Assembly (NCBI GenBank): GCA_049589875.1
Contig: JBAWBR010000045.1
Location: forward strand, 743 to 64,742
Origin: Terriglobales bacterium
GTDB taxonomy: Bacteria > Acidobacteriota > Terriglobia > Terriglobales > Acidobacteriaceae
DNA length: 64,000 nucleotides
Reading direction: 5' to 3'
The notes beneath the pieces were generated by a model. The model was not told the origin of the DNA. It saw nothing but the letters and a program-made list of their open reading frames with translations, and searched no databases. Both the position numbers and the translations under genes were made by a program. Positions 45,794-56,057 of the stretch are shown piece after piece. The stretch's first letter is position 1. Every line of letters begins with the position of its first letter.

Positions 45794-48418
45794 TCAGTTT
45801 GGCGCGAGCGTTAATTCATGCGTCCGATGTCTCGCGACCGCTTCCGGCGAAAACGGAATCGTAAACGTCGATCCCTCATACCACCCTCGCCATTGATCCA
45901 AATAATATGGACTGAGGAAAACTCCACTCTCTCCCGTCACCAGATTCAGCGTGCTCTCATCGAAGTCTTCAAAGTTCCACGTCAGCCGTTCGGATGACCC
46001 AAAATTTCTGTCGCCCGCCTTCACCGTATAGTGATCTCCGCTCAGCGGATGCCGTCCCGGTCCTGTGAACCGTCCAACCAGCGGCAAATGGCTCAGAATG
46101 GGATGCTCGACTTCCACCCAATAGTTCTCGCCCCAGGTCCATTTTGTGAGATCGGAGGGAACGTCCGGCTGCTTCAAAGCATTCTCCATCGCGGCCGTGA
46201 GCAGCGCTCCGTAGTCCGAATATCCCGAAGGCAGCCAGCGCGCCGGCTGCTTGCTGAGCACATTTTCCAGCCACACCGTCGACATCCCCCATCGGTAGCT
46301 CTTCCAATTCAATTCGCCCGAGTCTTTCGCAGGCTGTCGCTTCCGCGCCGTGCTCCCACCTGCCGCAGCATCATCATCGGCCGGCCCAAGTTTAGGCTCG
46401 AGCAGCATCCGCACCAGTTCCCGTCGCGCTTTGCTCTCAATTGTCGGAGCTGCGGAATCGACCGACATGCGTCCATCCCAATCGCGCAAAATATCGGCAG
46501 CCCGCTTGGCTCGCGGCGAGAGCCTGGGCGAATGATCGAGCGCGTAGACAAATTTATCCGCGCAAAAATGATCGAATGTCGATGACACATCCATCTGCAG
46601 CGCCAGCATATCCGCGGCAGAAAACTTCTTGCCAGACTCCAGCACGCGATAAATGCGGTCGGTCCGCCAAGGCGTCTCCCACTCCGTGCTGATCGAATAT
46701 TTGTAGCCGTCAGGGGTGATGCGTCCATTCGCGGTCGCGAGAATTCCGCCGGGAGGATCGTAAATGTGCGGCATGTCGTCGAATGGAATCCATCCTTTCC
46801 ACTCGTGCGCATCGTCGCTGCCGCTCACGGGCAAACTGCCATCGCCCGCCGCGCGGATCGGTATGCGCCCCGTCGCCTGGTATCCGATATGTCCGTCAAC
46901 GTCGGCATACACGACGTTTTGACCCGGTGCGGCGAATGTCGAAAACGCTTTGCGGAACTCCTCCCAGTTCTCGGCCGAATCAACGTCGAAGAACGCCAGT
47001 CCCATGCCATCGTAGAGCGTCCAGCGCAACGCTATCTTTCGCGTTTCTCCGGGAATAAGGTCAGTAATGATCGGCCCGTGCCGAGTCGTAACTACATCAA
47101 GTGTCACATCCGGCTGGTCTTTCACATGAATCGTCTCCTGACGATGCTCGGGATCAACCCAGCCCGCGGGAGTCTTGTACTGACCCTGTGCATTGAACTC
47201 TTCGATGAAGTCGTCTTCAACCGTCGGCCCAACGTTGGTGAATCCCCATCCAATCCGCTGGTTGTGGCCGACGATCACAAACGGCACGCCGGGCAGCGTC
47301 ACGCCCGCGACATCGAAGTGACCGCTCTTGAGATGCGCCTCATACCATAAGTTCGGCATTTGATGGTCCAGGTGCATATCGTTTGAGAGCAGCGGCTTTC
47401 CCGTCGTCGTGCGTGCGCCTGAAACCACCCAGTCGTTCGATCCCGGCCGCAGGCCGTCCATCTCTTCTCGTTCTCCGGGTTCCGCATCAGGTGTCGCGTC
47501 ATCGCTGGCAGCCTCAGCCGCTGCGGGCGGAATGAACCCACGCTCACTCGGCCTCGCCGTGGTAATCGTATTCCCCGGGCCACCGGGGTCTACCTCTTCT
47601 TCATCATCGTCATCCTGGTCGCTCGCGCCTTTTGCCGGTTCCTGATCCATGCGCCGTGTATCTGTCGGCGGGCGATCACGCCAGGACGAATTCACATATA
47701 AATCGGCAGTAAGTTCAGGCCCAATCTTCGCGAGCACCTTCTCACGAGTAATGGCACGGGCATAACTATAGTGATTCAGGTCTTCGACCATGCGCGCGCC
47801 AATGAGCAGTGAGTCGCTGACCGTCCAGGGGCGCGGCTGATACTTCAACAGCCGGAATTCAAGCGGCAAGTGGTCGCGATGCGATTCAATGAATGCATTG
47901 ACCCCTCGTGTGTAGGCATCGAAATATGGCCGATCTCGAGGCGAAATATTTTTGACCGCGGCCTCTGCCACTGCCCGTAGCCCAAGAATACGCTGCTCCC
48001 GATCGATCTTCAGCGTGTCTGCGCCGATGATCTCGGAAAGCTCGCCCGCTGCCACGCGCCTCAAGATGTCCATCTGCCAAAGCCTGTCCTGCGCTGTAAC
48101 GTAGCCTTGCGCGAAAAATAAATCTTCGAGCGTCGCCGCTTCAATCGCCGGCACGCCTTGTTCGTTGCGAACCACGCGCACCTTGGCGGAAAGACCCGGG
48201 GTGATAATCGATCCGTCAAGTTGCGGAAGCGCAGAATGCGCAGTCCAGTATGCCCACCAAAGCGCGGCAATCGTCCCCACCAGAAGAAGGCAGACTGTGT
48301 AATACAGAATGCGAAGCGCAAGACTGCGACGGCGAACTTCCGGGTGTGAGATCTCGGGCAGAGAAGCGCTGGATGACATGATTGAAACGATTGTAGGGGC
48401 GCAAAGACCCTCTGACAA
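45794..48418 (-). CDS. Penicillin-acylase-family Ntn hydrolase (penicillin amidase / acyl-homoserine-lactone-acylase-like)
   Basis: The alpha subunit is followed by a long acidic spacer. The beta-subunit N-terminal nucleophile context is GSNDWVVSGARTTTGKPLLSNDMHL. The start is uncertain (TTG 48418 or ATG 48379). Confidence 0.9.
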   Translation of the reverse strand: MSEGLCAPTIVSIMSSSASLPEISHPEVRRRSLALRILYYTVCLLLVGTIAALWWAYWTAHSALPQLDGSIITPGLSAKVRVVRNEQGVPAIEAATLEDLFFAQGYVTAQDRLWQMDILRRVAAGELSEIIGADTLKIDREQRILGLRAVAEAAVKNISPRDRPYFDAYTRGVNAFIESHRDHLPLEFRLLKYQPRPWTVSDSLLIGARMVEDLNHYSYARAITREKVLAKIGPELTADLYVNSSWRDRPPTDTRRMDQEPAKGASDQDDDDEEEVDPGGPGNTITTARPSERGFIPPAAAEAASDDATPDAEPGEREEMDGLRPGSNDWVVSGARTTTGKPLLSNDMHLDHQMPNLWYEAHLKSGHFDVAGVTLPGVPFVIVGHNQRIGWGFTNVGPTVEDDFIEEFNAQGQYKTPAGWVDPEHRQETIHVKDQPDVTLDVVTTRHGPIITDLIPGETRKIALRWTLYDGMGLAFFDVDSAENWEEFRKAFSTFAAPGQNVVYADVDGHIGYQATGRIPIRAAGDGSLPVSGSDDAHEWKGWIPFDDMPHIYDPPGGILATANGRITPDGYKYSISTEWETPWRTDRIYRVLESGKKFSAADMLALQMDVSSTFDHFCADKFVYALDHSPRLSPRAKRAADILRDWDGRMSVDSAAPTIESKARRELVRMLLEPKLGPADDDAAAGGSTARKRQPAKDSGELNWKSYRWGMSTVWLENVLSKQPARWLPSGYSDYGALLTAAMENALKQPDVPSDLTKWTWGENYWVEVEHPILSHLPLVGRFTGPGRHPLSGDHYTVKAGDRNFGSSERLTWNFEDFDESTLNLVTGESGVFLSPYYLDQWRGWYEGSTFTIPFSPEAVARHRTHELTLAPN

Positions 48419-48532
48419 CGGGGGAGGGTTTCCTTATAGAGAGTCGATTGGCGCAACCCAATTCCCCCCGGTATCATGTGTGAGTGTTGAAGAGTGCCAG
48501 CTTTTTGCAATCCCAGGTCTTCCGCACCAGCC

Positions 48533-49093
48533 ATGCTGCCGAAACGCATCGACGATCAGCCCAGCATCTCGCGTGAGAACATCCGCGAAGCCGAGGCGAT
48601 TTTTTTGCAGCACCTGCGCCGTGTCGGCCTGAAGCAAACCGGCCAGCGAAACGCCATCTTGCGCACCTTTCTCGAGACCCGCGAGCATCTCTCTACCGAC
48701 GAACTTCACCGCCTCGTCAAGAAAAAAGATCCGCGCATCGGCTTTACCACCGTCTACCGCACGCTCAAGCTGCTGGCCGGTTCCGGGCTCGCCAGCGAAG
48801 TTGCCTTTCACGACGGGATCGCCCGCTACGAGCATCAGTACAACCGACGCAGCCATCACCACATGGTCTGCACCGATTGCGGCGCGTCGGTGGAGTTCTT
48901 CTCACCACAAGTCGGCGAAATCGAACAGGAGATCGGCCGCAAGCACCATTATCTGACCACGCGCCACACATTCCAGGTCTATGGAGTTTGCCACGAATGT
49001 CAGCGGAAACATTCTCCCAGAGAAAGCAGCCATAACGAGAATGGCGGAAACGAGAAGGGAGTAAAGAAGAGCGATGGACGGCGAGTCGTTTAG
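48533..49093 (+). CDS. Fur-family transcriptional regulator
   Basis: The winged-helix N-terminus contains TGQRNAILRTFL...HLSTDELH. The metal sites are HHHMVCTDCG...GVCHECQ. Which metal it senses cannot be told from the sequence. Confidence 0.85.
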   Translation: MLPKRIDDQPSISRENIREAEAIFLQHLRRVGLKQTGQRNAILRTFLETREHLSTDELHRLVKKKDPRIGFTTVYRTLKLLAGSGLASEVAFHDGIARYEHQYNRRSHHHMVCTDCGASVEFFSPQVGEIEQEIGRKHHYLTTRHTFQVYGVCHECQRKHSPRESSHNENGGNEKGVKKSDGRRVV

Positions 49094-49121
49094 TTCGAAT
49101 TCTTCTGTGCGAGCGGATGAC

Positions 49122-49541
49122 ATGGGTCAGGCCGAAGTCACTTGTCCGCATTGTGAAACCGTCATGCCGGCAACGGCGGCCTTCTGCCCCGCGTGCGGAT
49201 GGTCCATGCGACCCCTGCCCGCCGCCGACCGCGGCCTGGCCGCGCTCGCCTATTTCACGCTGGTTCCGGCGGCCGCACTATTGTTCGTGCCAACATTGCG
49301 CGAGCATCGATATATTCGCTTTCATGCCTGGCAAAGCATTTTGATTTGGGGATTGTTTTGCCTGCTGACAATCTTCGCGGTCTTTGTCTCGAATATCGCC
49401 GCCGCGGTACTTTTTCTGCTGGTGGGACTGGTGGCCGCGCTCGGAATGTTCTTCCTTTGGGTGGTTCTCTCTATCAAAGCATGGCAGGGCGAGCGCTTCG
49501 AGCTGCCATGGTTCGGCGCGTTGGCCGGCCGCCTGCGCTAG
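49122..49541 (+). CDS. Zinc-ribbon plus multi-TM membrane protein (DUF4870-like, hypothetical)
   Basis: CPHCETVMPATAAFCPACG is a zinc ribbon. It is followed by three TM segments with AALAYFTLVPAA...RFHAWQSILIW. Confidence 0.6.
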   Translation: MGQAEVTCPHCETVMPATAAFCPACGWSMRPLPAADRGLAALAYFTLVPAAALLFVPTLREHRYIRFHAWQSILIWGLFCLLTIFAVFVSNIAAAVLFLLVGLVAALGMFFLWVVLSIKAWQGERFELPWFGALAGRLR

Positions 49542-49638
49542 TACGTTAATCCATTTACGATCCCACGTATTCTTCGCAAGGCTTTGGGGGTTGTCAGGAA
49601 TCAATACCCATGTGGAATCGCGATTTCCAATCGCGGGC

Positions 49639-51180
49639 TTAGTTCTTCTCCCGCACCTTCATGTCTCCCGTCCGCAGATAGCGGTTATGCCAGCCCAGCG
49701 ATTCCGTCAGCAGATGCGGCGTGTGCTTTCCATAGGACAGCCGCTCCGCCCGGTTCAGGTAATCCAGTAGCTCCGCTTTGTAATCCGGATTTGCGCACTT
49801 CTCAATGATCAAGTGTGCCCGCTGCCGCGGCGAAAGTCCGCGCAGGTCGGCCAGTCCATTCTCGGTCACCAGCACCTGCACGTCGTGTTCGGTGTGATCC
49901 ACGTGCGAGACCATCGGGACGATCGTCGAAATCGATCCCTTCTGCGCCGTTGACGGAGCCATGAAGATCGAAAGATACCCATTCCTCGCGAAGTCTCCCG
50001 AGCCGCCGATGCCGTTCTGAATGCGCGATCCCATCACATGTGTTGAGTTGACGTTGCCATACATGTCCGCCTCAATCATCGCGTTCATCGCCACCACGCC
50101 AAGCCGCCGGATGATTTCAGGATGATTCGAAATCTCCTGCGGCCGCAAGACGATGCGGTCGCGATACTGCGACATGTTCGCGTTCACTTCGTCCATCATC
50201 TCCGGGCTCAGTGAGAACGCCGTCGCCGATGCCGATGTCAGCTTGCCCGACTTCAGTAGACGAATCATGCCATCCTGAATCACTTCCGTATAAGACGTGA
50301 GCCCTTCAAACGGGCCTTCTTCCAGCCCAAACAAAACCGCATTCGCAATGTTGCCCACCCCCGATTGCAGCGGCAGCAGGTTTTCCGGCATGCGGCCCTT
50401 CTGCACCTCCCAGCTCAGGAATTCAAGAATGTGCCCTGCAATTTTCTTCGATGCCGCGTCGGGCGCTTTAAAAGGACTATTCCGGTCCGGCGCATCCGTC
50501 AGCACCACTGCCACAACTTTCTCCAACGGGCATCGCAGATAAGGCGTGCCGATGCGCTGGCCAACCTTTGTAAGTGGAATCGGCCCGCGATTCGGCGGCG
50601 GTTCCAGGCCGTAATAAATGTCGTGCATGCCTTCGAGAGCCATCGGCTGCCACGAGTTCACCTCAAGAATCACCCGCTCCGCCTGATCGATCCACGTCTT
50701 GTTATTGCCAATCGACGAACTCGGCACCACCCGCCCGTCTTCGAGCACAGCCGCCACTTCGATCAGCGCCACATCCATCTTGCCCAGAAATCCATATTCC
50801 ACAAATTGCGCAACATGGCTCAGGTGTATATCCATGTACTCCATCTCGCCGGCATTGATGCGCTTGCGCGTCTCCGGGTCCGACTGATACGGCAATCGCA
50901 AATGGATTCCGCCCGCCATGGCGAGCGCGCCATCCAGCTCCGGGCCGGTTGATGCGCCTGTGAAAACGCTGACCTGAAATTTCTGGCCGCGAAAGGTCGC
51001 TTCGGCGATGCGGTGCGCCAGTTCCAGCGGCACCGCTTTCGGATAGCCCGATCCGGTGAATCCGCTCATGCCGATCTGATCGCCGGATTTGATCAGTGCC
51101 GCGGCCTCCCCGGCGCTCATAATTTTCGATGACAGCTTGGAGTTCAATACACGTGTGGTTGTTTCCTGCGCAATAGCCAA
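49639..51180 (-). CDS. Acetyl-CoA hydrolase/transferase family protein (succinate/acetate CoA-transferase-like)
   Basis: SAGEAAALIKSGDQIGMSGFTGSGYPK...GIGGSGDFARN are family motifs. TTG 51180 follows GAGGTG, and the alternative starts are TTG 51147 and ATG 51120. The ORF-track start at 51312 is unlikely. Confidence 0.9.
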   Translation of the reverse strand: MAIAQETTTRVLNSKLSSKIMSAGEAAALIKSGDQIGMSGFTGSGYPKAVPLELAHRIAEATFRGQKFQVSVFTGASTGPELDGALAMAGGIHLRLPYQSDPETRKRINAGEMEYMDIHLSHVAQFVEYGFLGKMDVALIEVAAVLEDGRVVPSSSIGNNKTWIDQAERVILEVNSWQPMALEGMHDIYYGLEPPPNRGPIPLTKVGQRIGTPYLRCPLEKVVAVVLTDAPDRNSPFKAPDAASKKIAGHILEFLSWEVQKGRMPENLLPLQSGVGNIANAVLFGLEEGPFEGLTSYTEVIQDGMIRLLKSGKLTSASATAFSLSPEMMDEVNANMSQYRDRIVLRPQEISNHPEIIRRLGVVAMNAMIEADMYGNVNSTHVMGSRIQNGIGGSGDFARNGYLSIFMAPSTAQKGSISTIVPMVSHVDHTEHDVQVLVTENGLADLRGLSPRQRAHLIIEKCANPDYKAELLDYLNRAERLSYGKHTPHLLTESLGWHNRYLRTGDMKVREKN

Positions 51181-51375
51181 GGGGCACCTCGTAAATCGAC
51201 GCGTTAACAATAGCCATGCGCGTTTTTGCCGTCTGTGAGCGCCGTCACGTTGAAGTGGAAGCCCGCGCCCACTCCCAGAAACCGCGTTTCGCGGGCTAAG
51301 GGCTGCGTCCAAAAAATCGGTTGATGCTCTCGCTCGCAGGTGGGATAATTAAGCCGATTTAGCTAGTTGCCAGAA

Positions 51376-51618
51376 ATGTCTCAGGAAACCCAGGGCCTCT
51401 TTTTTCTCTGTTGCTATTGCCGCGCCGAACTGGACGAATCCCAAATATTCGAATTCCGGGGTACCGTTGGCTGCGAGCATTGTGTCCGCGACTACTACCG
51501 CGACCGTCCCGCCGAAATTGAGAACCAACTCCAGATCAGACAGAAACACGCAATTTCCTGGCTGGCCCGCAACCGCAGAACTTTAGAACGACGAGCCAGG
51601 AAAGCGCACGCCAGCTAA
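51376..51618 (+). CDS. Small hypothetical zinc-ribbon protein
   Basis: CCYCRAELD...[10 protein letters not shown] gives two CxxC pairs, and the C-terminus is basic. Third-position GC looks coding-like. I recognise no family. Confidence 0.4.
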   Translation: MSQETQGLFFLCCYCRAELDESQIFEFRGTVGCEHCVRDYYRDRPAEIENQLQIRQKHAISWLARNRRTLERRARKAHAS

Positions 51619-51803
51619 ACAATCGGCCTCCAGGCATCTACTGGAGACGGTCCTTGCCATACCGATGCCCCGGTGCCCTTGTTCCATCGCAAATCAACTC
51701 CCAATCTCAACCTTTCGCTGTCTCTCGTTCGACATTCTCCCTTCCTTCGTTCAGAATAGCTGGTTTATCTACATCCAGCTTTTCATACAACCAGGAGATC
51801 TCT

Positions 51804-52802
51804 TTGACCCAACTACAGCGCGTCAAGATCAGCGCTCTCGGCACCTACGTTCCGCCGCGCCTTCTTACCAACGCCGACCTCGAAAAGATGGTCGATACCA
51901 ATAACGAATGGATCATGAGCCGCGTCGGCATCAAAGAGCGGCACTTGGCCGACAAGGGCGTCGGCACCAGCGACCTGGCTGCCGAAGCCGCCCGCCGCGC
52001 CCTTAAGCAGCGTGGCATTCCAGCCAGCGAACTCGACGCTATCATCGTCGCCACCGTCACCCCCGACATGATGTTTCCCGCCACCGCCTGCCTCGTGCAG
52101 CACAAGATCGGCGCATCCAAGGCCTGGGGTTTCGATCTTTCCGCCGGATGCTCCCAGTTCGTCTATGCCCTGCAAGTCGGCGCGCAGTTTGTGCAAACCG
52201 GAGCCCACAAGAAGGTCATGGTCATCGGCGCCGACGTCATGTCCTCGATCATCGATTACACCGACCGCGCCACCTGCGTGCTTTTCGGTGATGGCGCGGG
52301 AGCCGTTATTCTTGAAGCCACCGACGACGACTCGGTGGGTCTCATCGATTTCCTCCACCAGGTGGATGGCTCAGGCGGTTGTTCGCTTTACATGCCCGGC
52401 GGCGGCAGCCTCAATCCTTCATCGCATGAAACCGTCGACAAGAAAATGCACTACGTTCATCAGGATGGGGCGGCCGTGTTCAAGTTTGCCGTCCGCCAAA
52501 TGGCCGAGTTCTGCGCCGAGACCCTCAAGCGCAACCATCTTACCGGCGATGACATCGACCTCATGATCCCTCACCAGGCCAATCTGCGCATCATCAGCGC
52601 AACCGCCGACCGCCTCAAGCTCCCGCCAGAAAAAGTTGTCATCAACATTGACCGTTATGGCAACACCACGGGTGCAACCATTCCGCTGGCTATGCAAACT
52701 GCAATCGAGGATGGACGCCTGAAGAAGGGAACTCTTGTCCTGCTGGCTGCCGTAGGCGCAGGATTCACTACCGGCACAACCCTGCTGCGCTGGGCGCTCT
52801 AG
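51804..52802 (+). CDS. fabH: Beta-ketoacyl-ACP synthase III
   Basis: [40 protein letters not shown]...[11 protein letters not shown]...HQANLRI...GNTTGATIP contains the Cys-His-Asn triad contexts. TTG 51804 follows AGGAG with a 6-nt spacer. Confidence 0.9.
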   Translation: MTQLQRVKISALGTYVPPRLLTNADLEKMVDTNNEWIMSRVGIKERHLADKGVGTSDLAAEAARRALKQRGIPASELDAIIVATVTPDMMFPATACLVQHKIGASKAWGFDLSAGCSQFVYALQVGAQFVQTGAHKKVMVIGADVMSSIIDYTDRATCVLFGDGAGAVILEATDDDSVGLIDFLHQVDGSGGCSLYMPGGGSLNPSSHETVDKKMHYVHQDGAAVFKFAVRQMAEFCAETLKRNHLTGDDIDLMIPHQANLRIISATADRLKLPPEKVVINIDRYGNTTGATIPLAMQTAIEDGRLKKGTLVLLAAVGAGFTTGTTLLRWAL

Positions 52803-52991
52803 CGATTGCCCCGGTCAACCACAGCGCCGGAGTCACTGCCTCGCCGCTGAGAAGCGTACCCTGGGCCGGAGCGCTGAGTCCGCCGAAGCGCTGGTAGCCC
52901 GCCCACGCGCTTTCCTCGCAATCGCCGAAGTTATCCTCGGCATGGAGTATCCTTTTTTCCAAGCAAGCAGCCGCGCCCGTGCCCAAACTCC

Positions 52992-54890
52992 ATGACCGCG
53001 TCCTCCACTATTAAGCCCGCAAAACGCACAAAGAAAACGGAGCCCTCACGAGCTTCGGCCCCATCGTTGCCGCGTGGCAATCGATTATTCAATCCTCAAA
53101 CTCCGGCGCTTTGTCTCACGCTCGCCGCCGCCGTCCTCGTCTTCTACAGCCCGGTCGTGCACAACAAGTTCGTCGATTATGACGACGACAGATACATCAC
53201 CCAGAACTCCAATGTGAAAGCCGGAATGACCTGGACCACCGTCGCATGGGCCTTTACTACCCTAGATGAATCCAACTGGCATCCCCTGACCTGGCTTTCT
53301 CACGCTCTCGACTGCGAACTTTTCGGTCTGAATCCGGTCGGGCACCACGCCGTCAATGTCCTGCTGCACGCAGGCAGCGCCGTCCTTCTATTCCTGCTTC
53401 TTCAAAACGCTACCGGATTCCGTTGGCGCAGTCTGATGGTTGCTGCCTTATTTGCCCTCCATCCCATCAACGTCGAGTCCGTCGCCTGGGCCGCCGAGCG
53501 CAAGAATGTGTTGAGCATGTTCTTCTTTCTTCTCGCGCTGCTGGCCTATGGCTGGTATGCGCGCAAACCGGGGCTAGGCCGGTATAGCGCCGTATTTCTG
53601 GCCTTCCTGTTGGCGCTCCTCTCCAAGCCCCAGGTCATCACATTTCCCTTTCTGCTTTTGCTGTGGGATTACTGGCCGCTGGAAAGAATTGCTGTTCCCC
53701 CCGCCGCCGCCTTACGAAAAGTGTCCCGTCTTTTGCTGGAGAAAGTGCCATTCCTCCTCGCCTGCGTAGCGAGCGCCGTGGTCACTGTGAAGGCTCAGGG
53801 GGCCGGAAACACGATCAAGGATTTCTCCCAATACAGCCTCCCCTTGCGCTTGGAGAACGCACTCATCTCCTATGTGCGCTATCTCGGAAAAGCCTTCTGG
53901 CCATCGAACCTGGTGCCGTTATATCCCCATCCCACCCATCTTTATCCTGCCTGGCAGGTCGCCTCGGCTGCGATCCTGTTGCTCCTGATCACCGCTCTGG
54001 TTCTTCTCAGGCGCGAGCAACGCTATCTCATCGTCGGATGGTTCTGGTTCCTCGGCAGTCTCGTGCCCATGATCGGCCTGGTGCAGGTCGGCGATCAGGC
54101 CATGGCCGACCGCTATGCCTACCTTCCGTTTATTGGTCTTTTTCTGATGATCGTCTGGCTGCTCGCGGATATCGCGCATGCCCGCGAAATTTCCCCGCGT
54201 TGGCTCGCCATCCCCGCGATTTCCTGCCTGCTGCTTTTAGCAACCCTTACTTACCGCCAAGCCGGGTACTGGCACGATACCGAATCTCTGTGGCGTCGCA
54301 CGCTCGAGTTGACTCAGGATAACTACATCGCCCACAAAGGGCTTGCAGCCATTCTCCTCCGCGATCCCGGCCGCGCCGAAGAGGCAATGACCCACTACCG
54401 CGCCGTACTCGCCTTACGGCCTGACGACGCCCGCGCCAACGTCGTTCTCGGTGAATACGAGCAGCGCCACGGCAATCTGCAAGCGGCCGTCGCCCACTAC
54501 CAGGCTGTGGTTCTCGATTCCTCGACTACGGCGCTTTCTCGCGCGGTCGCTTACGCCAACCTTGGATTTGCCTATCGCCAGATGGGGCAGCCAATCAAGG
54601 CCAGGGAGGCCCTTGAATCGTCGCTTCAGCTCGTCCCCGACCAGATTCCCACCCTGATCGCGCTCGGTCTGATTGCGGAGAACAATGGCGACCTCTCCGA
54701 AGCCGTCAGCCGATTTTCCCGCGCCGTGGCCATCCAGCCCACCGATGTCGAACTCCTGCTGCTCGCCAATGCATTGCAGCAGGAAGGACACTCCGAGGAA
54801 GCCAGCGCCATGTCACAGCGCGCGGCTAAAGCCTCCAGAGATCTCCCCAGGGCGCAAAGCCAGGTCGAGACTCTGCTCAACGCCAAATGA
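52992..54890 (+). CDS. Multi-TM protein with C-terminal TPR repeats (DUF1736/TMTC-like, glycosyltransferase-C-fold-like)
   Basis: It has ~10 TM segments, with FVDYDDDRYI and NWHPLTWLSHALD near the N-terminus. TPR repeats follow (AHKGLAAILL..., YANLGFAYRQMGQPIKA...). Confidence 0.75.
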   Translation: MTASSTIKPAKRTKKTEPSRASAPSLPRGNRLFNPQTPALCLTLAAAVLVFYSPVVHNKFVDYDDDRYITQNSNVKAGMTWTTVAWAFTTLDESNWHPLTWLSHALDCELFGLNPVGHHAVNVLLHAGSAVLLFLLLQNATGFRWRSLMVAALFALHPINVESVAWAAERKNVLSMFFFLLALLAYGWYARKPGLGRYSAVFLAFLLALLSKPQVITFPFLLLLWDYWPLERIAVPPAAALRKVSRLLLEKVPFLLACVASAVVTVKAQGAGNTIKDFSQYSLPLRLENALISYVRYLGKAFWPSNLVPLYPHPTHLYPAWQVASAAILLLLITALVLLRREQRYLIVGWFWFLGSLVPMIGLVQVGDQAMADRYAYLPFIGLFLMIVWLLADIAHAREISPRWLAIPAISCLLLLATLTYRQAGYWHDTESLWRRTLELTQDNYIAHKGLAAILLRDPGRAEEAMTHYRAVLALRPDDARANVVLGEYEQRHGNLQAAVAHYQAVVLDSSTTALSRAVAYANLGFAYRQMGQPIKAREALESSLQLVPDQIPTLIALGLIAENNGDLSEAVSRFSRAVAIQPTDVELLLLANALQQEGHSEEASAMSQRAAKASRDLPRAQSQVETLLNAK

Positions 54891-54952
54891 ATTCATGGCA
54901 GCCGAATCGCCCTTCTTGGCGCAGAATGCGGGGCGATGAGAAAATAAATCCT

Positions 54953-55852
54953 ATGCGTAAACCTTTTCTTGCTGCGGTCCTATTGACCGCCGGGACGACG
55001 TTCGTAGCCAATGGCAACGCGCAACAGACTCCGGCGGCTACCGCTCCACAAACCTCCGCTACTTCCCCAAAACAGACTCCACCGGCCACGGACACCAGCT
55101 CCGCAACCGGGCCGCTGAAAACGAAAACGGAAAAGTTCAGCTACGCGCTCGGAATGAATATAGGAACCGACGTCCTTCCCAACCTCAGAAAAGAGTCCAT
55201 CGACCTTGATCCGGCGATGTTCACCGAGGGACTCAAGGATGCCCTGGCCGGCAAGACGCTTTTAACGGACGAGGAAGCCGATGCCCTGGTGAAAGAAATT
55301 CAGGTTCAAATTCAGGAAACGCAGCTGGGACGAATCAAGGACGCGATGGATAAGAACAAAGTCGATAGCGAAGCCTTCCTCGCCGCCAATAAGGAAAAAC
55401 AAGGCGTCGTCACTTTGCCCAGCGGCTTGCAGTACAAGATCCTCACCCAGGGTAGCGGACCCAAGCCCACACTGAATGACACCGTCGTCTGCAACTATCG
55501 CGGCACGCTGATCGACGGCACGGAGATCAGCAGCACCTATCACAAGGGCCAGCCCGCCACATTCAAGGTCAACCATGTTCTCAAAGGATGGACCGAGGCG
55601 TTGCAACTCATGCCCGTAGGATCGAAATGGCAAATCGTTCTTCCTCCCAGCCTTGCCTACGGCGATCAGGGTGTGGGAAAAGAGATATTGCCCTATTCCA
55701 CTCTGATCTTTGAAATAGAGCTGCTTTCGATCGAGAAAAAGGACGATGCGAAGGCGGATGCGAAGACGGAAGACAAGAAGCCTGCCGATCCAAAGCTTGC
55801 CGATCCAAAGCTTGCCGATCCAAAGCCTGCCCCACAGAAACAACCCCAATAA
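54953..55852 (+). CDS. FKBP-type peptidyl-prolyl isomerase, secreted (FkpA/Mip-like)
   Basis: It has a signal peptide and an N-terminal dimerisation helix region. The FKBP domain reads YRGTLIDGTEISSTY...KVNHVLKGWTEALQLMPVGSKWQIVLPPSLAYG. The C-terminal tail is repetitive (ADPKL). Confidence 0.9.
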   Translation: MRKPFLAAVLLTAGTTFVANGNAQQTPAATAPQTSATSPKQTPPATDTSSATGPLKTKTEKFSYALGMNIGTDVLPNLRKESIDLDPAMFTEGLKDALAGKTLLTDEEADALVKEIQVQIQETQLGRIKDAMDKNKVDSEAFLAANKEKQGVVTLPSGLQYKILTQGSGPKPTLNDTVVCNYRGTLIDGTEISSTYHKGQPATFKVNHVLKGWTEALQLMPVGSKWQIVLPPSLAYGDQGVGKEILPYSTLIFEIELLSIEKKDDAKADAKTEDKKPADPKLADPKLADPKPAPQKQPQ

Positions 55853-55963
55853 CCGCAGGCGCGCCTTCAGCGGCGCGCATACTCAAGGCCTCCTGCCTGT
55901 CTGGACCTCCCATGCAGTCCGGCATTCCTCCGGCGGCTTGGCCGGGATAAGCCGCAAATAAAA

Positions 55964-55998
55964 ACGTCCCGAGCTTTTTCTGCCCGGGACGTCTTTAT
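55964..55998. terminator. Bidirectional Rho-independent terminator between convergent genes
   Basis: The 8-bp stem is ACGTCCCG (55964-71) with CGGGACGT (55985-92). AAATAAAA lies upstream and CTTTAT downstream, so a T-run follows the stem on both strands. Confidence 0.65.
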
Positions 55999-56057
55999 CA
56001 GCTTCGTTCCAGCTTTGGCTCCCTCGAACCGCCGCCAGATCTACGCTCAAAACAGAA

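Noticed and set aside
48447-48462. ATTGG-N6-CCAAT inverted repeat considered as a Fur box.
   Set aside because: It does not resemble the 19-bp GATAATGATAATCATTATC consensus. I kept it only as a minor note inside the acylase/Fur finding.
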